A stretch of DNA of 64,000 nt from Auanema rhodensis (Eukaryota > Animalia > Nematoda), in assembly GCA_964057225.1 (NCBI GenBank), contig OZ059898.1:5704001-5768000 (forward strand), given 5' to 3'. The position numbers were made by a program, and so were the translations under genes. The stretch's first letter is position 1. The number at the start of each line of letters is the position of its first letter. Shown here in pieces: positions 14,101-29,100 of the stretch. The notes beneath the pieces were generated by a model, which searched no databases, was not told the DNA's origin, and was given only the letters and a program-made list of their open reading frames with translations.

Positions 14101-17100
14101 GACGACCTGTTCATAAATTTGTTCTTGAATACAGATTACCAAATGAGACTCACTGGAGAGCTGCTGAAGAGAAGGTATTTATATCTCCTACAAACCTGAA
14201 TAAAAATTTGTTTTTACAGCACGTCAGCGATGAAACTGGAGATTACAGTGTTGCTATCTCCGGAATTGATGAAACTCCATTCTTCTCCATCCGTATTGCT
14301 TCTATTGACTCACATAACAAAGTCATCAGCCGTACAGAAGAAAAAACAGTTGGTGAAGCTGCTGAGCATACCTGTGTTGGATCAGCTGGTATTCCAACTG
14401 ATGTCCGTCCTGTCTTAGTTGATTCCACCAAGATTCGTATTGAATGGAATAAACCAGTCTGTGATGAAGCTATTGCACCAATTGATGGATATGAATATTT
14501 AGTAATGATATATACTATATAAGCACAACAAAGTTTATTATATTTTAGTTCCATGATTCATCGGAGATGCCAACTCACGATGGAGCTTCATATGTTGGTG
14601 GTAACGGAGTTACCATCTCTGATTTGATTCCAAATGCTAGATATACTTTCCGTGTTAGGTATAATAAGATTCATTAACTTAAGCATTCTTCATGTTATTG
14701 CTTTAGATCACGTTCCGGTAATGGACATTCACCATGGAGCGCATATCTTCATGTATCAACTCATATTGATGGTCTTGAAGGTATAGTTTATATTTTTATT
14801 TATATCTTATTAATATAATTATCAACTTGAAATGTTTATAATATAATAATCTCTAACAATATTAAGTTTCTAATCTCATTTAACCAACATAACTATAGAC
14901 CTTAAATTAACTGCAACTAATCACATCATCAACACATTTACACCTTCTAAGCAACGACGTCAAGCTAAACATCAGATTGTTGGTCTGTTTGCTTGTGAAT
15001 CGGCCACTGTAACTATGGTAACTTAACTTGTAGATCCTGAAAATTTCTACCAACTTCGATTGGTATTATGGCCACCAGAAGCCTATCTGGTTTGGACACC
15101 ATTGCGTGAACACCGGAATTTTGTAGCTAATTTCCAGTATGTACTTAGGTGTTTTACGTCAGACCATTGTGAAAACATATATCTGACTAATCATGTTTTG
15201 AATAACTGTTTTACTAGTACTAACACGTTTACAGGTTAGCATATAAAGAGAAAAGAAGTGAGAGATGGCGTGAAATCGCTGGAGCCCCTAGTGCCTTCAG
15301 ATGCCCAAACGACGTAGATGGCATAGATCGTGAAGATTACTGTTACAGCCTGAGGAATTTATTTTTTGGAATCCGATATATCAGCACTGTACTCAGTTGA
15401 TAACATATAATTGAACGATCATTAATCACCTACTACTAATCCTTTACAGATTACATATAGCTTAACTAACGGTGAACGAGTTCCTAAAACAAATTTGGAT
15501 TTCACTCTTGTTCAACTTGGTAATTAATCATGCTTCACGCTAATTGTGTTTTATTGGGTTATACTACTGCTTTATCCCCTATGTATATAGATGTCTTCAC
15601 GTATCATCTGAATGTCTAGTGTTTTCTTATTGCATGCATTTCCTTTGTTTCTAAACTCCCTAACATGCTTAACTTATTGTATTATGCTTTTAGCTAATAA
15701 TTATATAATCATGTATATATTATATTAATTATTATATTTCAGCTGGATTTAATCAACCATACAACAGTAAGCTTACCATATCTCAGCCTCGCATTGAACA
15801 GCAAGGTCTTCGTACTGTTGCTTATTGGAATGCCGAAGGAGATGCTTCCCAAGTTTATGGATTCCAAGTTTGCTAATTACGCTCAGCCAAATCAGAATTA
15901 TTTTTCCAGCTTGATATCCGAACTGATCAAGATCGTGAATGGAAAGAAACCGGAGGAATTCTCCGTAGTGAACCATCTCAAAGTCATTACCGTCAAGCTC
16001 TTGGAACTTTACCAGTTGCTTCCCAGTACTTCCTTCGTGTCCGTGCTGTAGATGGTACTATGTCCACTATTTCAACATCAACTCCAACATCTTTCTCTGT
16101 GAAATGCCAACGTAAGTATCAATATCGTCATTATATTCTATAACTCCTTATTGAAGCACCTATTTCTCCGGACAATATTCGATTAGATCGTGTTTCGGAA
16201 AATACCGTTCGTGTTTCCTGGAACTCTCCACAAGACGATCCAGCTTGTCAAACCTACTTCTTCATTACTGGAACTCAGAACGGACAAGCTATTAACGAGC
16301 GTGTTCCAGGAAGTGAGCGCAGTGTTGAAATCGAAGGACCTGCTCAAGGAGACTGGCGTGTTGAGGTAATTTTATTATAAATCAAAAGAAAAGCATAACA
16401 TTGTACTGTATTATAGGTTCGCACCGTAAATGCTGCCGGATCTGGACCATCTTCTCGTCAAGCCGTTCTCACCTCTGCCCAGCAATGTAAGCTTTAAGTT
16501 ATTAGTTTAATGTCTTTCTTCGTTTTTTTAATCAAAACCTTCCAATTTTTATAAAATAATTTTTGGTTTTGAAAGCAACTGCTTGCCAATTGCTAATTTT
16601 CAGATTTGCTCTTAAATATTTTTATATTCTCAGTTCTTTAAAATAGCATAATCAGTTATTATATTCCTATATCTATATATAACCATCAATTTTTATTGAA
16701 TACCTCAATATCTTTTCATAATTCTGTGAATTGTCATATTATTTCATCTTTTTGATCGTCTATGTTGTATTCATTTAGCTCATAAGCATCGAATTCGTGC
16801 GCATTTGCGACGCTCCAAGAGAACTGTTTGCGACCCGCGCATAGATTTCTGGTGTCGTGGTTCTAACGATGTGAACCGTCCATACTTGGATATGGAAACA
16901 GGAGGTAGATAACTAGATTAGAGAAGTAGGATGTTTATTCATTTATAGTAAACAAATTATATAAATTTGATTATTATAACTGAATATCATCTTAGAGTTT
17001 GATGTTTAGTGCGTGTGCATCAACTTCTCAATGCTCCTACGAACCCTATTTCAACCTATTATCTTACAACTTCTACCCTTCCAATATTTCACTCTTCTTC

Positions 17101-20100
17101 CAACTTTATCCAGCTCCTACTGCTTTCTTCTGTTTTGATTTCTGCTTCTTCTTCTAGCATGTACACCTACACAGAACATAATATAGAATTTCTATGACAC
17201 TTTAAATCAATTAACTAAACTTTCTTCTGATTATTCAAATTTTTTAAGTTTTTTTCCTATTAATCTATTAATTATGTTATTATTTTATTAGTTCTTTCAT
17301 TAACAAGTCTTTTAAGAACATTTATCTCATATTTGTGAGAAAAATTAACTTTTGAAAAGAAAGTTAATATATGAATTTTGATAAATTGTTCTAATCTTAA
17401 CATCCTTTTTTAACAAATTTACTTGTATAATTATTTTTTATATATTTAGCCCTTGTCTCTACTCCACGTGTTTCAACTCGTGGAAATGATCTTCATGTCG
17501 AATGGAGAAGTGAAGGCGACGGACGTGGTGTCTTCGGATATAGAGTTCAATTCCGTAATGAAAACTCCGGATGGAATCCTTATGGGTAATCTTGATTATT
17601 TGAAATATTTTGGATAATTCTTTCAATATTTAGACAAATTGTACCTTATGTTGGAGATAATATGGATTATTCTCAAACATTAAATGGACTTCAATCTGGA
17701 CATACTTACTTTGTTCATATTCAAGTTTTAGATCGTAATTCATATGTTATGTATGTTAGTCCAGAAGCATCTGCTAAGAGCAGTTGTACAGCCCCATCTC
17801 ATCCACCATCTCACCTCAATGTGCAAGCCCCTGATCCATCTCACGTGAAAGTTTCTTGGGTTTTGCCACCACAAAGCACTTGGGGATGTGCTGATCTTCA
17901 ATTCGAAATTCAAGTATGGATCCCTCACTGTATTCCGTTTAGAAATTAGTTTAGGTAGACGAGCCACGTGGGCATGCTCCTATCACTATTGGAGGAGGTC
18001 AAACATCTCATATCCTCAATAGTTTACCTAATCAGGCTTGGTCTGTGAAGATTCGTGCTAAGAACTCTGCTGGACATTCATCTTGGACACCAGCTGCTCA
18101 AGTTCGTACTTCACCTGGGGGTGAACTTATTATTGGACCTAATGTTGCCTACAGGTAAATATAAAATTTTATAAATAGTTTGGAATATATAAAATTTAGA
18201 CAAGGAAATCCAAGTATTTCTTGGAAATCTAAGGAAAATGTTGAAGATTTGATTGAAAGTTATGTTCTTGAATGGAAGGCTGTTAACGAACAACAATGGA
18301 GACAACACAGCAATCCAGTAAGAATCTAATTATCTTTTTCAATTTCACTTTTCTGTATTTTCAGATTCCATTCAGTGGATGGCAACGACCATACTCTATC
18401 GATTTGGGAGAATTGCCAAAAGGACAAAACTATGAAGTTCGTGTCGTCGCCAAAGATCCAAATCGAGGAACAGCCTTTACATCACCCGTTGTCACTATTC
18501 ACACTCAATCTACTTGTTCTAAGCCTCGCCGTGCTCCATCTAATTTGGAAGTAGCACCAATTGGACCTACTCAAATCCGCTTAACTTGGGCTCCTCTCCA
18601 TGAAACTGAATGGAACTGTGATCGTCTGTGGTACATTGTTAAGTACAGTACCCCTCGTAATCAAGGGTTCAAAAACTTGACAAATGGAGAGAACTCTGTT
18701 GTTTTTGAATCTGATCCATACACTAAGTGGACATTTGAAGTTCAAGCTGCTAATCCATCCGGCGAAACCGAATGGTCTCGCACTCAAACAGCTCAGACAC
18801 AAGATTCTCCACCAGGACCTGTTTCCGATTTACGTGTTATGCCTATGGGAGGAGACTCACTTCAAGTAACCTGGAGACCACCAACCAATCCTAACGGACA
18901 TATTACTCTATATGAGGTAACATACCAATTGTTATCTCGTGGTATGTGTGAAAATGCCAACGAAGCTCCACGAACTATCACCACATTGGGACCTCATCAC
19001 GTAATCTCCGGGCTTCATCCACATTCTCGTTACAGGTGTGTTTACAAATGATTGATCTGTTCAAAAAAAATTATTTTCAGAGTTGGTGTTGCCGCTAAGT
19101 CTACTCTTGTTGGTGAACGTGTTGCTCAGGAAGTTCAGACTGATCAAGCTGCTCCAACTGCTGCTCCAGTATACATTCGCGTTGAAGAGCCAAAGCAAAC
19201 TGAGGCAACTATCAGCTGGCAAAACCCTCCATGTATTCAAGTATGAATATCAAAAGTATATTACTTTATATCTATTGTTATTATAGACTAATGGTGAAAT
19301 CACTGAGTACGAATACGAAGTATCACCAGTTGATCGTCGCTCCAACGCTCAACGAATCACTAACACTGTTCGTGGAACTCGCGCTCAAGTATCTAATCTA
19401 CAGCCATATACCAACTATAACGTCAAAGCTCGTGCGTACACTGCTCGTGGTCCTGGACCATGGTCTAATGAAACTCCATTCCGTACTGCTTCAGCTGAAA
19501 CAGTTCAAGTAAATTATTTTATTATTAGTTTGAAAATTATGTTAACGTTATTCAGGCTCCAAATTTCGTACGTGTTGTTAACACTGGAGCTGATAACGCT
19601 CACCTTGTTTGGCAATCCCCACATCCAAACAACGGATACGTTGATAAGTACAAGTGCAAATTTGGAGTTGTGGGATCTCAGAAATTTGAAGAACGTCAAT
19701 TCCCAGCCGTATCCCCATGTCAACAACGTATGATTGAGCGCCAACAGCTTCCTCCAAGTCCACCAGGATCTCGTCTTCACTGCGGACGCATTGACAACCT
19801 ACAACCTGAAAAAACTTACGATTTCCAAGTTGCTGCTCACGTTAAGGATTCTGGATGGTCTTCTTGGTCACAACCTGAGCGTACTCTTGTTACCGATTCT
19901 CCAGTTCATATTCTTACTGTTGATAAGGTTGGGGGAAGTGAAAACTCATTGCACATTGTCTGGACTGTCCGTCCAGATGATCGCTCTCGTGTTACATCTT
20001 TCCGTCTCCACGTTCAACCTGTTGATGGATCAAACCGTCCACAGACATTCAATGTTGATCGTGCCACTTATCAATATCGTATTGAAAACCTCCGTCCACG

Positions 20101-23100
20101 TACTCAGTACAATGTTACTGTTCAAGCTGCTACATCAAAGGAAATGTGTGGAGTAAGTTTTAATTAAACTATTTAATATTATAAAATAGTTGATAATCAT
20201 TCTTAATTGTGATGTTTAGGGTACTACTACTACTATGTGGACTGATGCTGCTCCATTGACTGCATTAGCCGTTGCCCCACGTATTCTTGCCGAAGAAGCT
20301 ACTTCTATCACCATCGAATGGGACAGCCACAACCGTGAAGCAGGATCTTTCATTGTTGAATATCGTCTTGAAGGTGGAGCTTGGCAACAATCTGCTAGAC
20401 GCATACCTGCTCATCCATCTGTCACCACTTACACTGCTACTGTTGATAATCTTCCAACTAATAACGTTGTTGATCTTCGTGTTCGTGTAGTTAGTCAACA
20501 GAATGAGCAATCTAATCCATCCCCAGAAGTTCGTGGACGCACAAAATGTTCTCCACCACCAAATCCTCCACAGGGTATTCGTGTTGATGCTCCAAATACC
20601 AATGAAGTTCGTGTCTCCTGGACTCGTCCAGCTAAGAACACTTGGATGTGCGATGAAATGAATACTGAAATCAGCTACCGTGTTGGAAATCAACCAGAAA
20701 AAACTGTTAAAGTCCCAGGAGATCAGACTGAGTACACCTTCCCAGCTGAACCTAATCAACGCTGGATTATCAAGCTTCGTGCCACCAATCAAGTTGGACA
20801 CAGTCCATGGAGCGCTGAGCAAACTATTACCACCCGTCAAGGAGCTCCAGGATCTGTTCGTGATCTACGCGTTAAGGCTTTATCTCCTAACGAGGTTCAT
20901 GTTCAATGGCTGGCTCCTCTCGTTCAACGTGGTACCATTGTTGGTTATGACATCAGTTATCGTCTGAAACATCGTCTTGCTTGTCCAGAGGAAGAGCCCA
21001 GAGACGTCAGTCGCGACTTTGTTACCGTTTACAATCACAAAGATCTTGATTACACTATTACTGGTCTTCTACCATACTCTCTATATGAAGTTCGTGTTCG
21101 TGCTCGTACTACAGAACTTGGACCTGAAGAATCGAAGGAAGTTTCTACAGAACAACAGCCACCATCATCTCCACCACTCAATCTCGAACTTACTTATGCT
21201 CTCGAACGCTCATTATCCTTCCAATGGGAATCAGTTGATTGCTCACAGCGTCACGGACATATCGTTAACTACGAATACGAAATTCTTGGTCAAGACGATT
21301 GGGCTAAACTTGAACGTCAAATTGCTAACACATCTGATACAAAGATTACTATTGAAGGTCTTACTCCCTACACCAAATATATCATGCGAGTAAAGGCTTA
21401 TAACAGCATTGGTGGAGGTCCAAACACCGAAAATCTTGACGCCATGACTGCCAAGGCTAACGCTCCACTTCCACCACAAGATCTTGTTGTCGCTCAGGAA
21501 GGAACTGATTTCTTCATGGTTTCATGGCTTCCACCATATCCACCATACGGTCCTCATGATGCTTACAAGGTTCGCTACCAACTCTTGGGTCCCGACAACA
21601 AATGGAACACAATTGAAAAAGGAATTCATGATGCTGCTCTCAAATGCCCAGCTGAATCTCCAAGATTCTGCTTCAATGCTACCGGATTAGATTCAGGACA
21701 ACAATATCGTGTACAAGTTTCTTGTCGCATTGAAGGAGGAAACTATGGACCTTGGTCTTCTATCGTTATTGCTAATACACTTCAAGTTTTACCTGATGCT
21801 CCACGCGCTATTCATCTTATTGAAAAGAGTGATCACTCCCTTCATATTCGCTGGATACCACCTGTTGATCCTAAAGGACATGTAAAACAATATCGTGTTT
21901 CCATTGTTTCTCTTGATGATGTTAATGATCAGCGCAAGAGCTACACCGTTGATCATCCAACTCTCACACATCTCTTTGATGGCTTGACCCCAGAAACATC
22001 ATATAACATTTCGATTGCTGCTGGAACAAAACAAGGATTTGGACGTGAAATCTGGACTAGATACACCACAGATCCATTCGTCATTCCTGTTGTTGGAACT
22101 ATGCCAACAGTCACTCCTGATGGAGCATCAGCTTTAGATGTTCAATGGCAAGGAGTTGTAGATCCACAAAACCGTATCAAGGGATACATAATTGAAATTC
22201 GTAATGCTGACACACCTGTATGGCAAGAAATCGGAGGTGTTATTCAACACGACCCTGTGAAGAGAACTTATCTTAAGAAACTTACCGGTCTTGATCCTGA
22301 CACTCTCTACTTTGTTCGAATCAAGGTTGTTGATAACAAGCAACGAGTAGGAGTTCCATCACCTGAAGCCCAAGGGCGTACAGGATGTGCTGCACCAACC
22401 GCACCACCAAGCAATGTTAATCTTGCCTCTCCATCCAATGTTCAAGTTCGTGTTAGCTGGCAAGCTCCAGTTAAAGCTTCTTGGCTTTGCTCCAATATCA
22501 GATACCGCTTGGAATACACCAATGGAACTAGCGGACGCAAACAACTGGAAATTCCAAATGCTAACATTGAGCATATCTTTGATTCGCCATCAAACACCAA
22601 ATGGGTTGTGCGTATTCGCACCGAAAACGACGCTGGAGCCTCAGAATGGAGTAAGGAACTCGAGCTTACCACAGCTGAAGGTGCTCCAAGTGCTGTTCAA
22701 GATCTAACAGCTACTCCAAACGGACCAACAAGCGCTGTTGTATCATGGAAGCCACCTGCAAATCCAAATGGCGCCATCACTGGATACACTCTTGTTTACA
22801 ACTTACGTTCAATCGGGCAGTGTGGACCACGTAGTTCAACTCCAATTGAGAAGCACGTACGTAGTGAAACTCAAACTCTCGATGGACTTCTTCCTGACTC
22901 CACTTATGATATTCATGTTATTGCCCATACCTCACATGCTGGACCCCAATCTTCAGTTGTATCTGTTACAACAGAAGAAGCTGTACCAACAGGCCCACCA
23001 ACCAATCTCCGGTGAGTAAAATTATTTAATTTGCTTTTTTTATCATATTTATTTTAGTGTGGGATCTGTTACATCTAATAGAGCTGATGTTATGTGGTCT

Positions 23101-26100
23101 CAACCTGATTGTGAGCTTCGCAATGGTAAAATCACCGATTACTATTACGAACTTGAAAGCATCGATAGCTGGGGACACAATACTTCTGATCATCATACTC
23201 AGGAACGTCTTACCCTTAACGATCTTGTTCCATACACTGAATACCGTGTTCGTGTTCGTGCCATCAATGCTGTAGGTGATGGACCATTTAGTGAATGGGT
23301 TACTTTCAACACCCAATCTGCTGCACCTCCAGCACCAACTGATCTTCAAGAAGAGGCCAGCTTCCCACATGCCATCGAAATTAGTTTCTTGCCACCAAGT
23401 CCTCCACATGGAAACATCGATTACTATCGTATTCGTCATACTCCATCAGGCGATGCTAACTACAAGGAAGTTCGCGTTGAAGTTGATCGTCTCGAATGCT
23501 CTGATTCCAACAAGCGCGATCGTTTGTGCTTCCGTGTATCTGAGCTTGATCCTGAACAAGAATATGATATTCAAGTAGCTGCTCACACTGAGGGAGGAGC
23601 ATGGTCTGAATGGTCTGATGCTTTGAACGCTCGTACCCAACAACAGAATATTCCTGTATTGGAACGTGAGCTCGAAGTTATTGATACCAAACCAAACTCA
23701 ATCTCCTTGAGATTCGAAGGATTGCCACAAGACCAAGCTACTCATGTTCTTGGATATATTCTTGAATACAAACCTGAAGATGATGGTTCTGAATGGCAAG
23801 AATACAATGGAATGATCAAGCACCGTAAGGGTCTTACTGATTATAAGGTTACTGTCAAGGAGTTGGAAACTGCTACCCTATACTTCTTCCGATTGAAGGT
23901 TGTTGGTAAGGGTGAGAAACGTGGAGCACCTGGACCAGAAACTAAAGCAATGACTAGCTGCGGAAAGCCAGAAGAACCACCTAGCAACATCAAACTAGAA
24001 AGTGTCGATTTCCAGACAATGAAGATTAACTGGCAGCCACCATCAGAAGACTCATGGCGCTGTGATGATGTTGAATTCGTAATAGACTATGTCAACACTA
24101 CATCACGTGGACAGTGGACAGTATCTGTAGATGCTCCAAATGAGCTTATCGTACCAACATTACCAGGAACCAAATGGGAGATCAAGATGAGAACTCAGAC
24201 TAAAGAAGACAACGCTAAGCCACAGACCAGTAAATGGAGTGACAAGGTTTCTTTGACTACCCAATCTCTTCCCGGAGAGTTGTTTGTCAATGTTGAGCCT
24301 CAAGGACCACGTGAAGCTGTTGTTACCTGGGATCTTCCTGATAAGGATCAGAAATGGAATTATGGAGTTGATATCACTTACCGTCTTAAACAACTTGGAG
24401 GATGCTCTGAAACCGCAAGTGGATCTCATGAACCTATTACTAAACTTAATGTGCAAGAGAAACAAATCAAGCTTGAAGATCTTGCTCCAGGAAGTTTGTA
24501 CGAAGTTATTGTAACTCCACGTAGACCACCGTCACTTCACTCTTCTATCGTCGCACCAAAGACTGTTAGAACCTTCCGTACTGACAACGATGTCCCAGTT
24601 GGACCACCAACAAATCTTCAATCAACAACTAGAAAGGATACTGAACTTGGATTCAAATGGGAAGCACCAGATTGTATTAATCAAAATGGAAACATCACTC
24701 AATACGAATTTGAATTGGTTGGACTTGACGAATGGAATGAGGGAGTTCGTGAGGGTGTCAGCTCTCGTCTCAACACTGTCGTTGATCAACTTCAACCTGG
24801 TTCCCTTTATGGTATGCGTGTTCGTGCGTACACTTCTGAAGGTCCAGGACCATGGTCTGATCAACTTAGTGTCAGAACTACCGGATCTGAACTTGGACCT
24901 CCACGTGAGCTCACAGCGGTTCAAACAAAATCAACCCAGATTCAACTTACATGGCTCCCACCATATCCAGAAAAGGCTATTGTCACAGCTTACAGAATTC
25001 GCTACAGTCCACGTGCAGATGACTCAAATCCAACTGAAGTTGAACTCTCCGGTGATGATTTGACTTGTACTGGATACAAGAGTCCTATCATCACAACCGC
25101 AAATCTTTGTGCCACCATCAAGGGACTCCAGCCATCTACAACTTATCGCTTTGCCGTTCAAGGACAATCAGCTTCTGGAACATGGGGAGAATGGTCCAGC
25201 GACTACTTCTCCACTACCAGAAAGGATGACAATGATCTTTTGGGCGGAAGTCTTCGACTTCTCTCAGCTGGCCATGATAATTTTAAAGTTAAATGGACTC
25301 CACCAGCTGTTATTGGAGAAAAGATTGATAAGTATGAGCTTTTCATCTCCGTGGCTTCTGTTCTCGATCAGAATCCTAAGAAGTATGAGACACCAGGACG
25401 CGTTTATGAATATCATTTCCGCGCATTAGAACCTGTAACCCAATACAACGTCACTGTTCAAGGATTGGATGAGAACAGCAAGCTCTGGTTCATATCCGCT
25501 GTCTTTGCCACCACTGACTTTGCTGAAGGTCTTCTCAGCTGGCTGCCAGCTCCAACTGATCTTCATCTTATTGAAAAGAGTGATACCATGCTTCACGTCG
25601 ATTGGGTACCACCTGAGATCTTTGATCCAGAGCAACGTGAATTGATTACTCATTATCGTGTTACTATTGCTCCATTTGATCATCATACAGGCATTACTGG
25701 AACACCAAAGAATTACACTGTTCCAGTTCCCGGAAATTCTATCAAATTCGAAGGACTTAATCCAGAAACTGTTTACAATATAACCGTCCAAGCTGGAACT
25801 AACTCTGGCTATGGTCATATTCTCTGGGGTACCTACAGTACTCTGGCACCTGGACAACGTCATATTCTCCGTCTCCTTAACCGTACTCCAACCACCTTAA
25901 CGGTAGAATGGGAACCAGTTTGGGGCCGTAGCCATAGTGGATACACTGTATGTTTTAATTTTTTTGAACGTATTTTTATGATTCTTATTTCAGCTTACTG
26001 CTAGATCTCTTCACTCAGTTTTCCCACATGTCAGAATTCACCAGCTTAAATCATTTGATGTCGATGCTTCTGAAACTGAATTTGTTATTCGTGGACTTCA

Positions 26101-29100
26101 TCCATCTACCGTATACAACGTTACTTTAACGCCAAAGGATCATAATGAAGTTGCTTGGGGTGCATATGCTACTCTACCACCTGGCTGGTTCATGGTCAAG
26201 AACTTGAAGCAATGTGACCGTACCGATTTCGCTGTTTCCATGAGCTGGGAACCTGTTGAACTCAACATGGCCTCAGATTATCAAGTCAGATATCTTCGTC
26301 TTAAGGATAACGAAGCTAGCTGGATGGAAGAAGTTGCTCGTCCAGCTAAAGAGCTGTTGTGCCCTAAGGATGGATGCGGACGTCTTTGTTATCTCGTCTT
26401 CAACTTACCACACAATCCATCTGAATATGTGTTCCAAGTTCGTGCTAAGGTTGACGGTGAATGGAACCACTGGAAGTCAGCACCAAAGAAGGTTATAAGT
26501 ACTGAGCCAGCTGAGGTTCGCCGTAGCTGTTGTATCGTACCTCCACCTTACTTCGTTGATAACATCGGAGCACCAGGAACCTACTGGGAAGTTGATGTTA
26601 ACCCTGCTGCTACAGAAAAGAACATTACGTAAGTTTCTACATAAGCTATGAACTCTCAAAAAATAATGTCTTGCAGGAGATATTATGTTGTTGTTGATGA
26701 ACGTGATCCCCCTGGAGATACCAACTGGACCGAACTCACTGACAAGGTTACAGCTAACAGCATGAAGATTCCATATTATGTTGCCGCATCCTTCAATTTG
26801 GAAACCCTTCCTGAACCTAGAAAGGTTGGTATCATCTTAAATTATTAAAACTGAATATAGTAATTTCTTAAATTCTAAAACGATTTGGTGATAAAAATCA
26901 GATTTTACGCTAATATTATGATCAGCCTTTTCGTTTACTCAAGCAATGTAAAGACCACTTATAGTTTCCTATCGTTCAATATATGAGGTGTTATACTACT
27001 TCTCATTCTCTCTCAAAATTTTATAAAGAGACTTTAATAGTGTTTGATTTAGTACATGTTTACATTGCATGCGACAATACTATATACAGACATTTTATTC
27101 TTTTATATTGTGAATAATCAATATAATAATAGCCTTCTTAAAAGAAGCATCATAACCTAACTTGATATAGCTAGCTGGATAAAAATCGTTTTATTTATTT
27201 GTTTTGAAATGTACTCATTCTATTGCTTTAGGTTCGCCTCGGAGATGGACAAGTTATTGGAGGTTATTTGAATTATCCATTAACTAAAGGAAAGAAATAT
27301 AACTATGAGATTTATACCATATGGAATGTAACTGGAGCACCATTAGTTGGACGTCTGAGAGGTACGTGATATGTTCTAAGTTACATTGAAAACTTCAATA
27401 ATCGAATGCGTTCATATGAAAGCTAAAGAGACAAAGAAATGGAGTAAACGCCTTTCTAACCAAGCAAAAATCAAAATAAGAAAGAAAATAAGGAACAAGT
27501 TTGCCAAAACTAGAAGCAATTATGTGTAAAAGAAGAAAAATTGGTAGAAATAAATAGTTTCTGTCTCTATCTCTCTCTATCTTTCTCTCTCAATCTCTCA
27601 ATCTCTCTATATCTCTTTCTTCCTATTGATATCATGATGTTAATGATGACCCTCCAAATAGCTTATAGCAATCTCTATCTTTGCGTATGCCTGCTAGCGT
27701 AAAATGATTAATAAATCGACAATAATGTGAAGATAAGTGATGGAAAAGGAAGCAGATATAGACAAGAAAGGTGGATACATAGAGTAGAGGTTTAATCAGC
27801 GGGTTTATCGATGAAGTATATGTTGTTCAGATATATCTATAATGTTTAGATCATTAATATCATCGGTAAAACAGAATGAAATTTCCAATCTAACGATATT
27901 TCATTTTTCACTCTTTACCTCTACTCTTTTTTAATGATCTCTCTATCTCTCACTCTCTCATTATAATAAGTTTTCATATTCTATCACCTACATTTCCTTA
28001 AATCAACCAATGCGCAACACACCCTTTTACACACATCCATGTTCTCTTATTTTTCTTTGTTTCTCTATTCCTTCTCTAAATCTCTTTCTTATTTATTATC
28101 TATAACAGTCAACTTTAATTCAAGAAATGAGATAGATAGTGAAGTTAACCATGAGATTCAGAATTTCAAGATAGCGTGAATAGAACCAACTTGTGGGGCG
28201 GAGAGAAATAAGGAGAAAATAGCGAAAATGTAAAGACCCAGACGATAAAGGAAATGCAAGCAGTACGACTGTGCAATTGACGAGATAGCACAGACGCAAC
28301 CGTTTAGTTAGCAAGAAAGCTGAATGACATGGAGAAAGAGAATTAAGAAATGGAGAAAAAGGATGGAGTATATAAAGGAAAGAAACGAGAGGAAGAGAGA
28401 AGATGAACAAGTGTGAGAGTAAAAGAGAATGAGAGAGAAAAAGAAAGAGGTAGAGACAGAAAGAGAGAAAGAGAGAGAGAGAGAAAGAGAGAGAGAGAAA
28501 GCCACCAGCAGCCTTGTCACCCCCTGTGGCCACCCTACGGTTTTGTCGTCATCTACGCTCTACCCCGTACGCACCGTAAATGGCTTGGCTGCCCGACGGT
28601 ACGTTTACATTCCTGACATCCTCATACGATTCTACAATCATTCATATATATTCGAGCTCTAATATATTTAATAGTTTATATACATTTTTATTAAAACAAT
28701 AGTTAAATAATTAGTTGTATTGTTTTCATTCTATAATTATAAAATATAAACATGATATCTATTGATAATAATATCCTATCAATTTATATTTTATTTTACA
28801 ATTATTCTTCTAGTTATGGCAAACATTTATCCTTTACTTATATTATTTCTATTATTTTGAAATTTTGTTTTTTAAGTTTCTCAAGCAATTACAACGAAAA
28901 AAAGCTTAACATTTTCTTATCAATAGTCGAATGTTAGTTTATAATTCATTTTCACTTGAAAAACTGTGAAATTCTTTAAATGTCATCATATCAATCAATG
29001 CCATTGAAATGAATTATAGTGTTTTTATTTCTTTTTAATTATTAAAATTTCATGAAATTAAATATATTACTTTAACTATGTATTATTATTTTGATTATTT

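Noticed and set aside
20265-25863. Many antisense and off-frame ORFs overlapping the large myotactin exons
   Set aside because: Shadows of biased codon usage in a long coding exon; no independent features.
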